Source of the DNA: Marsupella aquatica
Lineage: Eukaryota > Plantae > Marchantiophyta
Length of the DNA stretch: 64,000 nt
Assembly (NCBI GenBank): GCA_973895155.1
Contig: OZ316893.1
Span: 8,022,963 to 8,086,962 of the forward strand
Direction of reading: 5' to 3'
The stretch's first letter is position 1. Each line of letters starts with the position of its first letter. The notes under the pieces were generated by a model. The model was not told the DNA's origin. It did no database searches and saw only the letters and a program-made list of their open reading frames with translations. The position numbers and the translations under genes are program-made. This document shows, piece by piece, positions 24,901-34,457 of this stretch.

Positions 24901-27900
24901 GCCTCAAGTAGCCTCAAGTACATAGCTGCCTGCGCCTGCTACCTGGCCCTTTACATTTTCTTAGAGTTTTAAAGAGCATGAATGTCCCTCACTTTTGGGT
25001 GGGTGAATTTTAAGAGGAAAAACGGGCCAATGCAGGATTCAAACCCAGGACCTCTTGCACCCCACTCAACGCAGCTACCACTCAGCCTGTGGGTTCATCG
25101 CAACAAATTCTCACGCCTGGTATTTAACCAAAAACACATTTCCTGCAGACGTGGGCAGCGGGCAGCACTTACGGGGAAATTAATGAGCATTCAAGATTGC
25201 CTTCATGCTTAATCCAATGGGCATGGTCATAGAGACACAAGAACAGTCACATGTTTGGACTTTCCTAAATGCACCTCTAACCTGTGCTGACATGAATTGA
25301 TGCAGCATGGGCCCGCTCTTTTTCCTCTTCAGAAGAGCATCAGCATACAACTCCTTCAATTGCATCCGAACACCTCTTCGTAACTTAGCTGCAGCCTGTG
25401 GCATGAAAGCTACTAATTAAAAATTTTCGTTGTTACGTGTTGAAGGTCGCATTCGGAGGAGAAAACCTTTTCTCTGAGCTGCTCAACTCAGTTGAGCCTG
25501 CGGCCTCCGATCAACCGTGAAAACCGTTGAAAACAAAGTGGCGGACGGGCGAGTAATATGTGGGAATCTGCCAAACAGTTTGGGACCCTGTTTGCCTTTG
25601 GAAAACTGTCATGGTAACTACAAGTAGAAACAAATCTGAATCCCATAACTAAAGACCAGTATCATGATCAATCTGTGATATACAGGTTGGATAGAACAAA
25701 CTTATGGAACACAGATCATTGTCTTGTTCATGATGCATTGTCCTAAATAGAAGATATCTAGAACTAGAGCTAGAAGGGAGTTTCCAAGATGATCAACGGA
25801 AGGTAAATGGACCCTTTTAGAGTAGGATTTTATAGCTAATTTTGCTTTTAAAAATTGATTGGTAGTATTATCTGAGTCATTTCATCATGATTGTTGACTA
25901 TATTATGGTCGTTTCTCTTGTTAATAACATAATGGTGAAGACATCATGCAATTTGGTTTTAAGTCCTGTGGATAGATATTGTTTTCATTTAGAATGGGTC
26001 ACATAACCCATATGCTTTTAGACATCTCCAACCCAATGGGGGTTTTGCTTAGTGAGTATGTTAAATACCAATGCAGTTTTGTTCACATTAAGTAGCTATC
26101 ATGGCCAGCTGAAAAGCAGCCCACCCTGACAGGATGATTTCCTTAAATAGTAGGTATCCGCAGCTGAATTCACTAGCGAGAACTCAAGTTCTGTTCCCAC
26201 CACAAGTTTTTACCCTCAAAAGGGTTCTTGTGCCCTGATGGCCAGAAGTTTTGACCTTCGAGATACAACTCAAGGCACATTGTGCAGCAATTAGACTTTG
26301 CCTATATATGGACAGATAATGTTTTTTTTGTAGTACTCTATAAATCATCATCCTCATCCCTTTTTACATACTTGGCCCTCAGGAAATTTTGTCGGGGCTT
26401 CGGGGCCCAGGTTCCCACTGATCAGTTCAAGTGACAACCCCAGATTGAAATCTAGAAATCACGGCAACAAACCTAGTAGAGGGTCAACTATTATATATCA
26501 ATCTTTTCCAGATACAAATACACAAAACCCCGTTCCTGAAAACCCAATAACCTTTTAGTGAGTGGGTTGGACATAACTTTTTGGATTTTCTTTACTAAGT
26601 TTGGTCAACAACCCATTACAGTAACAAAACCAAGGAGGGTTGGAGATACGCTTAGTCCACACCTCTGTGAATTGAGTTAAGTGCTCCCCCAAAATTAAAA
26701 AGGATAAAGTAACTCTTCGGATACTATTTGGTTTATTTTGTTCAATCGTTTTTCAAGATATTGGATCTCACTTCAAGGGATGTGATGTGGAAGTCCCATG
26801 ATGCAAATACGAGACTTGAAAAAGGAAAATAGTGAGCTGCCATGGCAATGTCACCGGCATTCATGATTCGTCTTGCTATTCTGCATATCCATTTTGGAAA
26901 TACTTTAGATTATCTTGTAATAGGGCAATGTTGAAATTCTTTTCACTTGTTATCACTCGTGTGGAAACAAAATAAGCTAAATTATGTTTTTGCTAGTCTG
27001 CAAAAGAAAATAAAACAATCAATATTATATAAGCATATTTCCTTCTGCAGTTTATGTGGTATTTTTGAGGGGTTTCAGGTTTGAGCTTCAAGCAAGTCAA
27101 GGCTAAGTAGCAACATTTCAAACCAGCTCATAAATGTAGTAGCTCAAACACAACACTGAAGATTGCTAACGAATCATCCTTGCAAGATTTCAATTGGCCA
27201 ATTTTTTCATACATTCTCAGCATATTGATTCAGTTCTTTCAATACTGAATTGGAGTATTATAGATTAAACATTACTAAATAGTTATGCCCTAGGTTGTAT
27301 TTTTGTATGTTTTAGGTTGTAACTTGAATAAAGAGACCATTTAAAAACTGATAGCATCAAAACACGTTATGTAAAACAATTTCTTTCTAAAATAAGGGTA
27401 TTTAAACAGGGCCTAACTTGTGCGAAGGCTTCAAAAAATACATTCAAAAATCCCCTCCAATAGTTAGATTCTCCCATCATTTCAACAATAAGTGGCCAAC
27501 GATAATCGGGGAGCTTTTTATAGAGTACATAATAATTTGTAGCAATATAAACTCCAGATAGATACAAGACCAAGATTAAGATGTTTTTTTATCATTGACA
27601 TAGCGAGAAATCAAATTATTAAGGAATAAATATTATTGTTACCTCCCCAATATGCCAAGGAAACTAAGAAGAAATGTCGCACCAATAAGCAAAGGGTACA
27701 TGTAGTCTACTCTCCACAAGCCCTTTTGTTCATGAGAAGTATATGTATACCCTCCATAGAAAACAAAAGTCCTTTCCAAAGATTTACCCTGTGAAGGGAG
27801 GCAATTGGCAGGGGTTACCATGTATCAATATTCGATCTTTATTTACAAAATTTATCAACATTGATTGCAACTAACTACTGATATTAATAAACATAACTTT

Positions 27901-30900
27901 ACTAACCTGACCCCAAATTTATCAAACTGTATACCTACACCCCATGCTATTGTAAGCCACCTTGACTCCCATTCTGTGCGTGGGGCTAACTAAATGATGT
28001 AGTTACCCAAGGTCCTGCGTGATTGGTCTGGCGCCACATGGAGAGACACCATTGGTCCAGCCTTACATACCCTGGTTAAAATTTCCCCGAACAGGGCCGC
28101 CTCTTTCCCATAGGAAACTTGGGAAGGAGAGGCTCTTGTCGCAAGCTCCTGTCGCCCAATCTAGCTGTAGTCCCTGTCTATTCATTCCACCCCCCAGTTT
28201 ACTTGGAAAAAGCCAGCTGGTGTTGCTACATTCAGGACCCAATGATAGAGCGGGCAGGGGCTTGGTGCAGCAACAGTCACCCACAATCTGCAGTAGGCGA
28301 GAATGCATGTGAGTGTGGGAGGGCAGGCAATGTTTGCGATGGGGGAAGGGCTGTCCTGGTTTAGGGAAACTTTTTGTGGGGTAGGGTGAGACCAATTGCG
28401 CCTTGCAATGTGATGCTAGACCAATTACCAGGGACCTTGGGTTACCACATAATCTTTAAGTCATACATAGGCCCCCTTAAAGAAAGAAGAAAAATCTAAA
28501 TAAGGCATATCTCAAAATATATTGTGTAGAGTGACTTTAAGGATTCAATGGGCCTAGTGTAAATGCGCTCCAAAATAACCTACTTCTAAGATATTATTTT
28601 TTAGATCATCTCAGTTACTGTAGGGCTTTGCAAGCAACATCTGGTACTAACTCAAGTCTAGGTTTTCACAGGCCACATATTCACACAAAGTCTTTCTCCA
28701 TCCAATTATGCAAGAAAAACTGCAAATTATCTTGGGGCACTGCACCACTTTACCACATCTTTGCATAATCTATATAATTACGTAGAAATTTTTGGGGAAC
28801 TTCATGCATACCTTGAAGTATGCTTTATTGCTGTGACTATGTTGAGAACCTAAAACTATCCACATAATTAAGATTTTGAATGGAAATGTTGTTATATCAT
28901 ACCATAATTAGTTTTTTAATTTACCTAGTACAACACTTGTCCACTTTCTTGTAAAGATAGAAATCCTTAAACCTGTAGTTTTATCCAAACTAGTCATTAA
29001 GGAATTGTGTATAGAATGCATATTGCAGCCTCAGTCTCTTGACCTTGTAATTCCTTTCTCCAATTGTTATAGCCCGACCAAAAACCAGGTAATTGTGGAA
29101 GACATGTGGCATTTCCTTGTTGTTTAAATATTAAGGATATTACAGTCCAAATATGATAATTATAGCACAGACATGTTATTATTTCTCAATGCCTCATGAA
29201 TGCCCTGGGGCAGAATTTTCCAAGAAAGTTAGTCATGCAAGGATGGCCTGAAATAATTTGCATTTGAATCAAGTTGGCCAAACTTTCCAAGGTTAGTGAT
29301 GTATTACAAGTAAAAAACTTCTGTTCAGAAAGTGAAGTGTGTGAAAAGAGTGCTCTAAATGTGAGTCAGAACAGAATTTGGCCAATGAATATTATTCAAG
29401 AATAAAAGACCATTGTAAGCAAATGGAAGTAACATTGAGGTTTCTTGTAGGAAGAATTGCGAACCTGTATGACATCCCTTATTCCACTGGCAGTGCCAAA
29501 GGTTGTTTTCAAGGCACGCCAGTGAAAAGACTTGGGTGGACGTACTAAAAATGGAAGAATCATGAGAGCCAGCCACACACTAGCAAGAACAAAATTGAGT
29601 AGAAGGACCCAACGGATGAAGGAAAACGCAAGCATCATCGAAGATCCGTAGTCACCTTCCATTTTCTTCAATGACTCATTCCATAACTTTAGATGATTTA
29701 GGCCCTACATATAAAATCATTGGTGTTTAGAGGGTTGCTATGGTCCTATATTGTCACTCTCAAATTTAAGCCAGTGCCGCATAATTGACAGCTCTCAAAT
29801 GGAATTTATTGCAAGTCTATTCAAGTTGATTCAAAGCTAGCGTTGGCTAGCTGGAACTACATAAATATGCCAAACTACTAACACCATAACTAGTTCATTG
29901 AAATTACTCTAACTAGTCTTGTTAAAGTTTTCTAGATTGATTGATATATGAACATAATAGCACAATCAAATATTTGCCACAAATAACACGCATATTTTTA
30001 AGAACCACAATGATGGTGTTTGTCTTTGTAATTGGACCCTAATTAAATGTGTAGTTTAAATTGATGCTTCTGGTCTAGATAATTATATGCAAGTCAGTGA
30101 GGTGAGAGGTTTCTAGCTGACTGCCATGATCAAGTGAAATGGGGGAAGCTTTAAAGTTATGGTTCTTGGTCCAAATAAGCAATACATTTTTAATAATCTT
30201 GTGAGATGAGATATCCACTTTGCTGAAGACAACCTGAGCCACCAACTTGAAAAATAGGAGGTTTCCCCAAATCATACATGCTACAAAATGAAATTGTAGA
30301 ATAGCAGTTGGAGGAATTGATCACCTTGCCCCTTAATCGTTTTTGCTCTCTTTCAAACACCCATCTCCGAAATCTACCCCAAACGCCTTTTGAAATATCT
30401 CTCTTTCTTCGAACTGTCTGAACTGAAAGCGATGATAGTCGATCCCTTGCTTTTTGAACAGTACTGAATACCTGCTCCCCAGGGTCATTTTCTTGTATAG
30501 CTCATATTATGTTATAGCAAGAGGGCTCAATCAGAAAAAGTTCAAACAGCTTCAAGCTACTATTAGTCAAATATAGTGGTATAGCAGAAGACGTAAGATT
30601 GTGCATAGCATGTACCTAGAGAAGGGAAGGCATTGTAGCAATAGTGGATTTACTTCAGGGAAGGGAGATTACAGTGCATAGTATAGGTAGTGTTTAGCTG
30701 TGGATATGGTACTGGGACAACAATGATGTTCCAATAGCACCATCCTAAGATCACGCACTAGAGTGTGGGATGCAGATAAATAATGCACTAGAAAAGCTGC
30801 AAACACTATCACCACAGCACATTTAAACATTTAATGAGATTTCATCTGTCCAGTATGGACAATGTTGGATGTCAGGGGTTTCTTTTTGTAGTGGAACCAA

Positions 30901-33900
30901 CTGGTAATTATTTAGTAAAACTATTCTGTAGTGATGTGATTATATGATACGAAAGTAGTCTATGTAAGAATATTTCAACTTAGAAGCTCCTCTTAGGATA
31001 GACCATATAATTTGACTCTCACAACTCTGATTGACCCATCACTTTCAAAGAATGGGAAATGTAGGTATATGAACGGGAAAAGATGCTATCTGCGTAGAAA
31101 ATGTTTCAGAGTGGTCCATGCAAAGCTACAATAAACCATTCTAGCATCTTGTCACACTTCATGGTCTAAAACAAAATCCTTTATGGTCTATGAGAGCATC
31201 AGTTTCATCAACTTATGGTAATTCTGGAAGTTATTTTACAATCCCAAACCTTTGCTAAAATTTATTGCTCTTAAAGAGAAAACTGCCTAGGGCAAGCTGT
31301 GCAACTAGCTTGCAGGCAGGGAAAACTTCTCCTTCATGTTCTTGTATTTTTATTTTTCTATACAATTGCTACCACAAGCTCATTAGATACTTTTATTCAT
31401 TCATTGAAATTCATTTCAAAAGATCTGTACTTACGGACCCCACTAGAGGTCCCTTCCAAAATTCCTGGCACCAAAGCGTGCCACGTCAACAACAACCGCA
31501 ACAAACAAGACTCGTCGGTTTTGTGAATCAAACTTATAGTTTTCATTTGTGTTTGTGTCAATTTGGGTGTAAATTTTGGGACGCCATACTGTAAAAAGAA
31601 AAATAAAAACATTGGAAATGCAAAGAGCAAGACAGTTAAAACTATCACTATGTAACCATTTTAGTTACATTTCCAATTTTAAAACTTAAATTCAAAGATT
31701 TATAAAAAGTATTTTTCATATAATAAATAATGACTAATAAGTAACTTGATAGCTTCCTTGTTAAACCGCAACTCCCGGTATGTTAGGACCTATCTTATTG
31801 TACGGCCATTAATGCTGGGAAGAGCACAGAGAAACCTAAGATCGGGGAGAAGGAATGGCTGGAATCTTGAAAGTTCATCTAATTTTATACTCAAAACTAT
31901 TTACTCATTCTCAAAACAAAAAATACCCAGTCGTAGATCTCATTGAGATCTTTCTTTTGCACCCTAGATCGCCTTCTAACATGGATGAATAAGATTTCTA
32001 GAGGTATTACAAAATGGACGACAAAGATAGTAAAATCAACAAAATCGACGGCTAGGAGGGCTTGGATTTGTTTAATTTTTCATTTGAAAAATATTAACCC
32101 ATTTGCAAAACGGACAGAACTCATCCATAGATCTATTTGAGATCTTTCTTTTGAGCCATAGATTGGCCATTATGATGGACGGACGAGATTTCCGGAGATA
32201 AGAAATGGAGACGGCTCAGATCGACTTTTCCCCCTGATTTTATTAACCAAGGGGTCCACGAACTAATTTAGAGTCAACCTCCAGAACAAGAAGTGGCCTT
32301 CTAGTTTGTTTTGGTGAAAAAGTATTATCTAATTCAGAATAATCATAACTATGAATAATCACATTATCTAATTCACAATATTATGATTATTTTTTGTATT
32401 TATAAAAATATCACTATTTTTTATATTGATGACAAGTTTACCAAGATAAACGAAATAGCTACATTATAATATTTTTGTAAATATGAAAAATAGTGACAAT
32501 ATTATAAATTCAAACATCCTTAATGTATCTTCTGTTATGTAAATCCTTTGCTTGTAAATTGTTCGTGCTTTCGTACAAAGGATTGGCGGTTTGTGAGAGA
32601 AGTTAAGAGGCTTGCCTGTGTGCGCCTTTCGACGAGAGCTTTACTTGCCGGGGAGGAGGGGTCTCCGCTGAGCTTATGGCGATGCTGCGCCGCAGCAGCA
32701 GTGCGCTTCTGCAGGAACTCCGCCATGCCCAGCTCCTCCGTCACCGGCACCACCAGGGTAGCGCTCGTGCCCTCGAACTGGAAGTCTGCAGCTCCGGCAG
32801 GAACCGGCGCTAAGGATCCTCGAGTCGACATGAACGGAAACGGCGAGGTTGCCACGAACGAAAGCAATCTCGAGCTTAACGATGCTCTCGCTGGTGCTGG
32901 TGCGGGTGCTTCATCCGGGACTGTTTCTCCCACCACTTCTGATCCGTCACTGGGAGAAGGAGTAGTAGCTGCTGGATTTGGGTCAGGCTGTGCCCACAAC
33001 GATGACCTTCGGGACGTCTGGAGTTTTGGATCAGCAGAGGATGAGACATTTGCTGGAGCTGGGTCAGGCTGAGTCCACAACGATGACCTTCGGGATGACT
33101 GAGGTTTTGGATCAGCTGAGGATGAGACATCTGCTGGATTAGGGTCAGGCTGTGCCCACCACGATGATCTTCGGGGTGACTGAAGTTTTGGGTCAGCGGA
33201 GGATGAGGCCTTTGCTGGATTAGGGTCAGGCTGTGGCCACAACGATGAGCTTCGGGATGACTGAAGTTTTGGGTCAGCGGAGGATGAGGCCTTTGCTGGA
33301 TTAGGGTCAGGCTGTGGCCACAACGATGAGCTTCGGGATGACTGAAGTTTTGGGTCAGCTGAGGATGAGACATTGTCTGGATTAGGGTTAGGTTGTGGCA
33401 ACAGCGATGACCTTCGGGACGAGCTGACTAGTGGATAGTCAGAAGACGATGATGCTAATGAGGGCTTCCGGGACGAGGGATTAATTTCTGGGTAAGCAGG
33501 AGGGGGAGATGAGGATGATAACCTGGATGGCCTTCGGGACGAGCTGCTGAAATCTGGGTAAGTTGGAGGGGGAGATGCGGATGATAAGGACGACTTGCGG
33601 GACACACTGTCTCGGTATAAACGGAAAGATGGCGATGACGAGGATTGGTTTCGGGAGGAGCTGACATCTGGGGAAGCAGCTTCTGTTGGGGGTGTATCTT
33701 GTCCTTCGTCCTGTCCCTCCTTAACCATAACACACCACACAAGAGGAAACACATTGAAACAAATCACGGGCAGGATGGATTTTTAAGAAGATGTTCTATC
33801 GCGTTGAGGATTTGGAACAAATATGGAATTTATATCGATGGGGAGGTTTATGCCTGTTTCCCGTTCTCTACCTATTTTGTGCCCTACTTATGAGACGTGA

Positions 33901-34457
33901 AGATAACGTCTCATTCACAGTTCCTCTCCTCTCCTCTCCTCTCCTCTCAAAATGTTGGTAATGCAGAGCTCGGGGGGAAATTCTTGCCAAGCGAAATAGC
34001 TGCATTCAGAATTTCATCCTTTTCCCAAAAACAACATATTGAGAAGCCAATGCGAATCTTTCTTTAATTTTTTATGTTCAGGTAATTGAGTTTCTAAACT
34101 TAGCGAACCCCTGAACTCGGCATAACTTTCTTTTCCGTTGCCAACCTAAATTGGATTGACTGTCTGGACGGCTTGCGTTAAGAGAATTTTTTCGCTTATC
34201 TAGCGGGAAAGTTGACTTCGAAGTCACCTGATCACCTTCTAGTGTGTGGACGGATAAATTAATCAATTTCGACGTATTTTGAGTTTTCTCACCTCTTGCG
34301 GTTGCGTTGCTTCTGGAATAGTTCTTGGAGAAGACTCCGGCTTCAGGCTACTTTTTCGTGAGCTCCTTCGCCTTTCAGAGGAGACACTAGCTGTGGATGA
34401 GGTATCTTCTTTAGGATTCGGCGGAGGCGTTGAACTTGTCTCTCCTGAAACCAACAT
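11649..34457 (-). CDS. TMC: Transmembrane channel-like (TMC family) protein gene, ~17 exons, ~1590 aa if all exons join
   Basis: Phase-consistent GT-AG exons: 34457-34293, ~33719-32577, 31588-31435(?), ~30500-30325, 29704-29465, 27788-27643, 26880-26772, 25395-25282, 24751-24649, 23172-23004, 22384-22237, 19744-19610, 19391-19251, 18755-18552, 17556-17356, 13946-13821(?), 12953-11649(?). TMC motifs in the correct order: LWNESLKKMEGDYGSS..FIRWVLLLN, FYGGY, FSSLVFASWDF, CAENYVGGQILRL, VVYVQALVWWGVCFSPMAP, FSASRT, LSTIPV, CGPI. Confidence 0.88.
13821..13946 (-). CDS. Putative exon GVQTSLYK...DDQMPP
   Basis: tttttgtag acceptor, gtaatt donor, 126 nt, phase 0/0, bridges 17356 and 12953. Confidence 0.5.
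17356..17556 (-). CDS. TMC: TMC exon (TM10 and C-terminal helix)
   Basis: KAPSSLWLAFTWILNPAVLLGVIFFLIFIVVLVQ...EKLKRMRE; atgcag/gtaata boundaries. Confidence 0.85.
18552..18755 (-). CDS. TMC: TMC exon (TM9, CGP motif)
   Basis: IALFKTCAPVEKAFSASRTSTLTYGVLLFTLILSTIPV...FCGPIYTQSSMYDIIGGYMQ. Confidence 0.9.
19251..19391 (-). CDS. TMC: TMC exon (TMC domain, TM7-TM8)
   Basis: NKRQLLIEDMAMDVVYVQALVWWGVCFSPMAPVLGFLSNFFTFYTMK. Confidence 0.88.
19610..19744 (-). CDS. TMC: TMC exon (start of TMC domain, TM6)
   Basis: MRLCVPTCAENYVGGQILRLVVISSVSRAIFEL...; corresponds to CWETxVGQExxRL; the donor (gtctct) is weak. Confidence 0.85.
20340..20519. mobile_element. Mutator-like (MULE) MITE in a TMC intron
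   Basis: Perfect 9-bp TSD TAGTGCTAA (20331-20339 and 20520-20528); imperfect TIRs ggaggtatttgcttgatagaccccc / gggggtctgctaagcatatctctc. Confidence 0.8.
20838..21430. mobile_element. Degenerate MULE-like non-autonomous element
   Basis: ~50-bp imperfect TIRs (gaaagtaatgcctggatggactgaggggtt / aaccccttggtccatccgagcataacttc); near-match 9-bp flanks ctttatttg/acttatttg; internal repeats agggcgtccttc..aaaagcgaagc. Confidence 0.55.
22237..22384 (-). CDS. TMC: TMC exon encoding a Cys-rich loop
   Basis: tttgtcttag acceptor and gtaagt donor; it fixes the phase 2 to 0 gap between neighbouring exons; SIRVLTTTRALRAINGHQGSCFDKYCSEGLHCCDKAYPEWNICDNVDIQ. Confidence 0.75.
23004..23172 (-). CDS. TMC: TMC exon (TM4-TM5)
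   Basis: SDYAQAVLFGLLNNIGPVVVRILVDMENFKPATAERVVLTKLFFLRFLNLATFYS. Confidence 0.85.
24649..24751 (-). CDS. TMC: TMC exon (TM3)
   Basis: RFLALCILWPLTMVGVVLAVDGLSKNTDLINSYF; ttgcag/gtaaga boundaries. Confidence 0.8.
24873..25177 (-). mobile_element. Dispersed ~300-bp repeat (Helitron-like or SINE-like), copy 1
   Basis: Homologous to 49523-49830; internal tRNA-like A/B boxes (aggctgagtggtag, ggtttgaatcc); 3' palindrome gaggctcttaatgagcctc about 10 nt before CTCG|T. Confidence 0.55.
25282..25395 (-). CDS. TMC: TMC exon (intracellular loop 1)
   Basis: AAAKLRRGVRMQLKELYADALLKRKKSGPMLHQFMSAQ; ccacag/gttaga boundaries. Confidence 0.8.
25424..25587 (+). other. NUMT: fragment of plant mitochondrial small-subunit rRNA (rrn18) 5' domain
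   Basis: gttgaaaacaaagtggcggacgggcgagtaatatgtgggaatctgccaaacagtttggg resembles the plant mitochondrial rrn18 helix 6-7 region; GC-rich hairpin-forming insert upstream; the rest of the gene is absent. Confidence 0.75.
26021..26651. mobile_element. PIF/Harbinger (Tourist-like) MITE in a TMC intron
   Basis: TTA TSDs (26018-26020 and 26652-26654); TIRs gacatctccaaccc / gggttggagatacgc. Confidence 0.7.
26772..26880 (-). CDS. TMC: TMC exon with the conserved F..WDF motif
   Basis: IARRIMNAGDIAMAAHYFPFSSLVFASWDFHITSLE; atgcag/gtgaga boundaries; absent from the ORF track. Confidence 0.88.
27643..27788 (-). CDS. TMC: TMC exon (FYGxY loop, TM2)
   Basis: GKSLERTFVFYGGYTYTSHEQKGLWRVDYMYPLLIGATFLLSFLGILG. 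Confidence 0.88.
27997..28450. mobile_element. Fold-back/MITE with ~70-bp imperfect terminal inverted repeats
   Basis: atgtagttacccaaggtcctgcgtgattggtctggcgccacat versus atgtgatgctagaccaattaccagggaccttgggttaccacat. Confidence 0.6.
29465..29704 (-). CDS. TMC: TMC exon (pre-TM1 helices and TM1)
   Basis: GLNHLKLWNESLKKMEGDYGSSMMLAFSFIRWVLLLNFVLASVWLALMILP, the hallmark TMC W..LK.IE..FGSS...F.FLRW...LN segment. Confidence 0.92.
30325..30500 (-). CDS. TMC: TMC exon (basic N-terminal helix)
   Basis: VFSTVQKARDRLSSLSVQTVRRKRDISKGVWGRFRRWVFEREQKRLRGK followed by gtgatc; the acceptor position is uncertain (30500, 30491 or 30471). Confidence 0.7.
31435..31588 (-). CDS. Possible TMC exon
   Basis: Strong ttttctttttacag acceptor and gtaagt donor; open in a compatible frame (YGVPKFTPKLTQTQMK...). 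Confidence 0.5.
32577..33719 (-). CDS. Large Ser/Pro-rich N-terminal exon of the TMC gene with 27-aa tandem repeats
   Basis: 410-codon ORF, GC-rich coding composition, gtacga donor after RQSF. Confidence 0.8.
32966..33420 (-). repeat. Coding minisatellite, 81-bp unit x ~5.6
   Basis: tgaagttttgggtcagc recurs at 33181, 33262 and 33343; encodes SSSADPKLQSSR(R/S)SSLWxQPDPNPAxx. Confidence 0.95.
34293..34457 (-). CDS. Putative first coding exon of the TMC gene
   Basis: gccATG start, MLVSGETSSTPPPNPKEDTSS...RRRSSRKSSLK...QPQE followed by gtgaga, phase 0 matching exon 2; same S/P/R composition. Confidence 0.6.

Noticed and set aside
27367-27573. Minus-strand 68-aa ORF inside the TMC gene
   Set aside because: Exons 27788-27643 and 26880-26772 join in phase without it; no TMC similarity.
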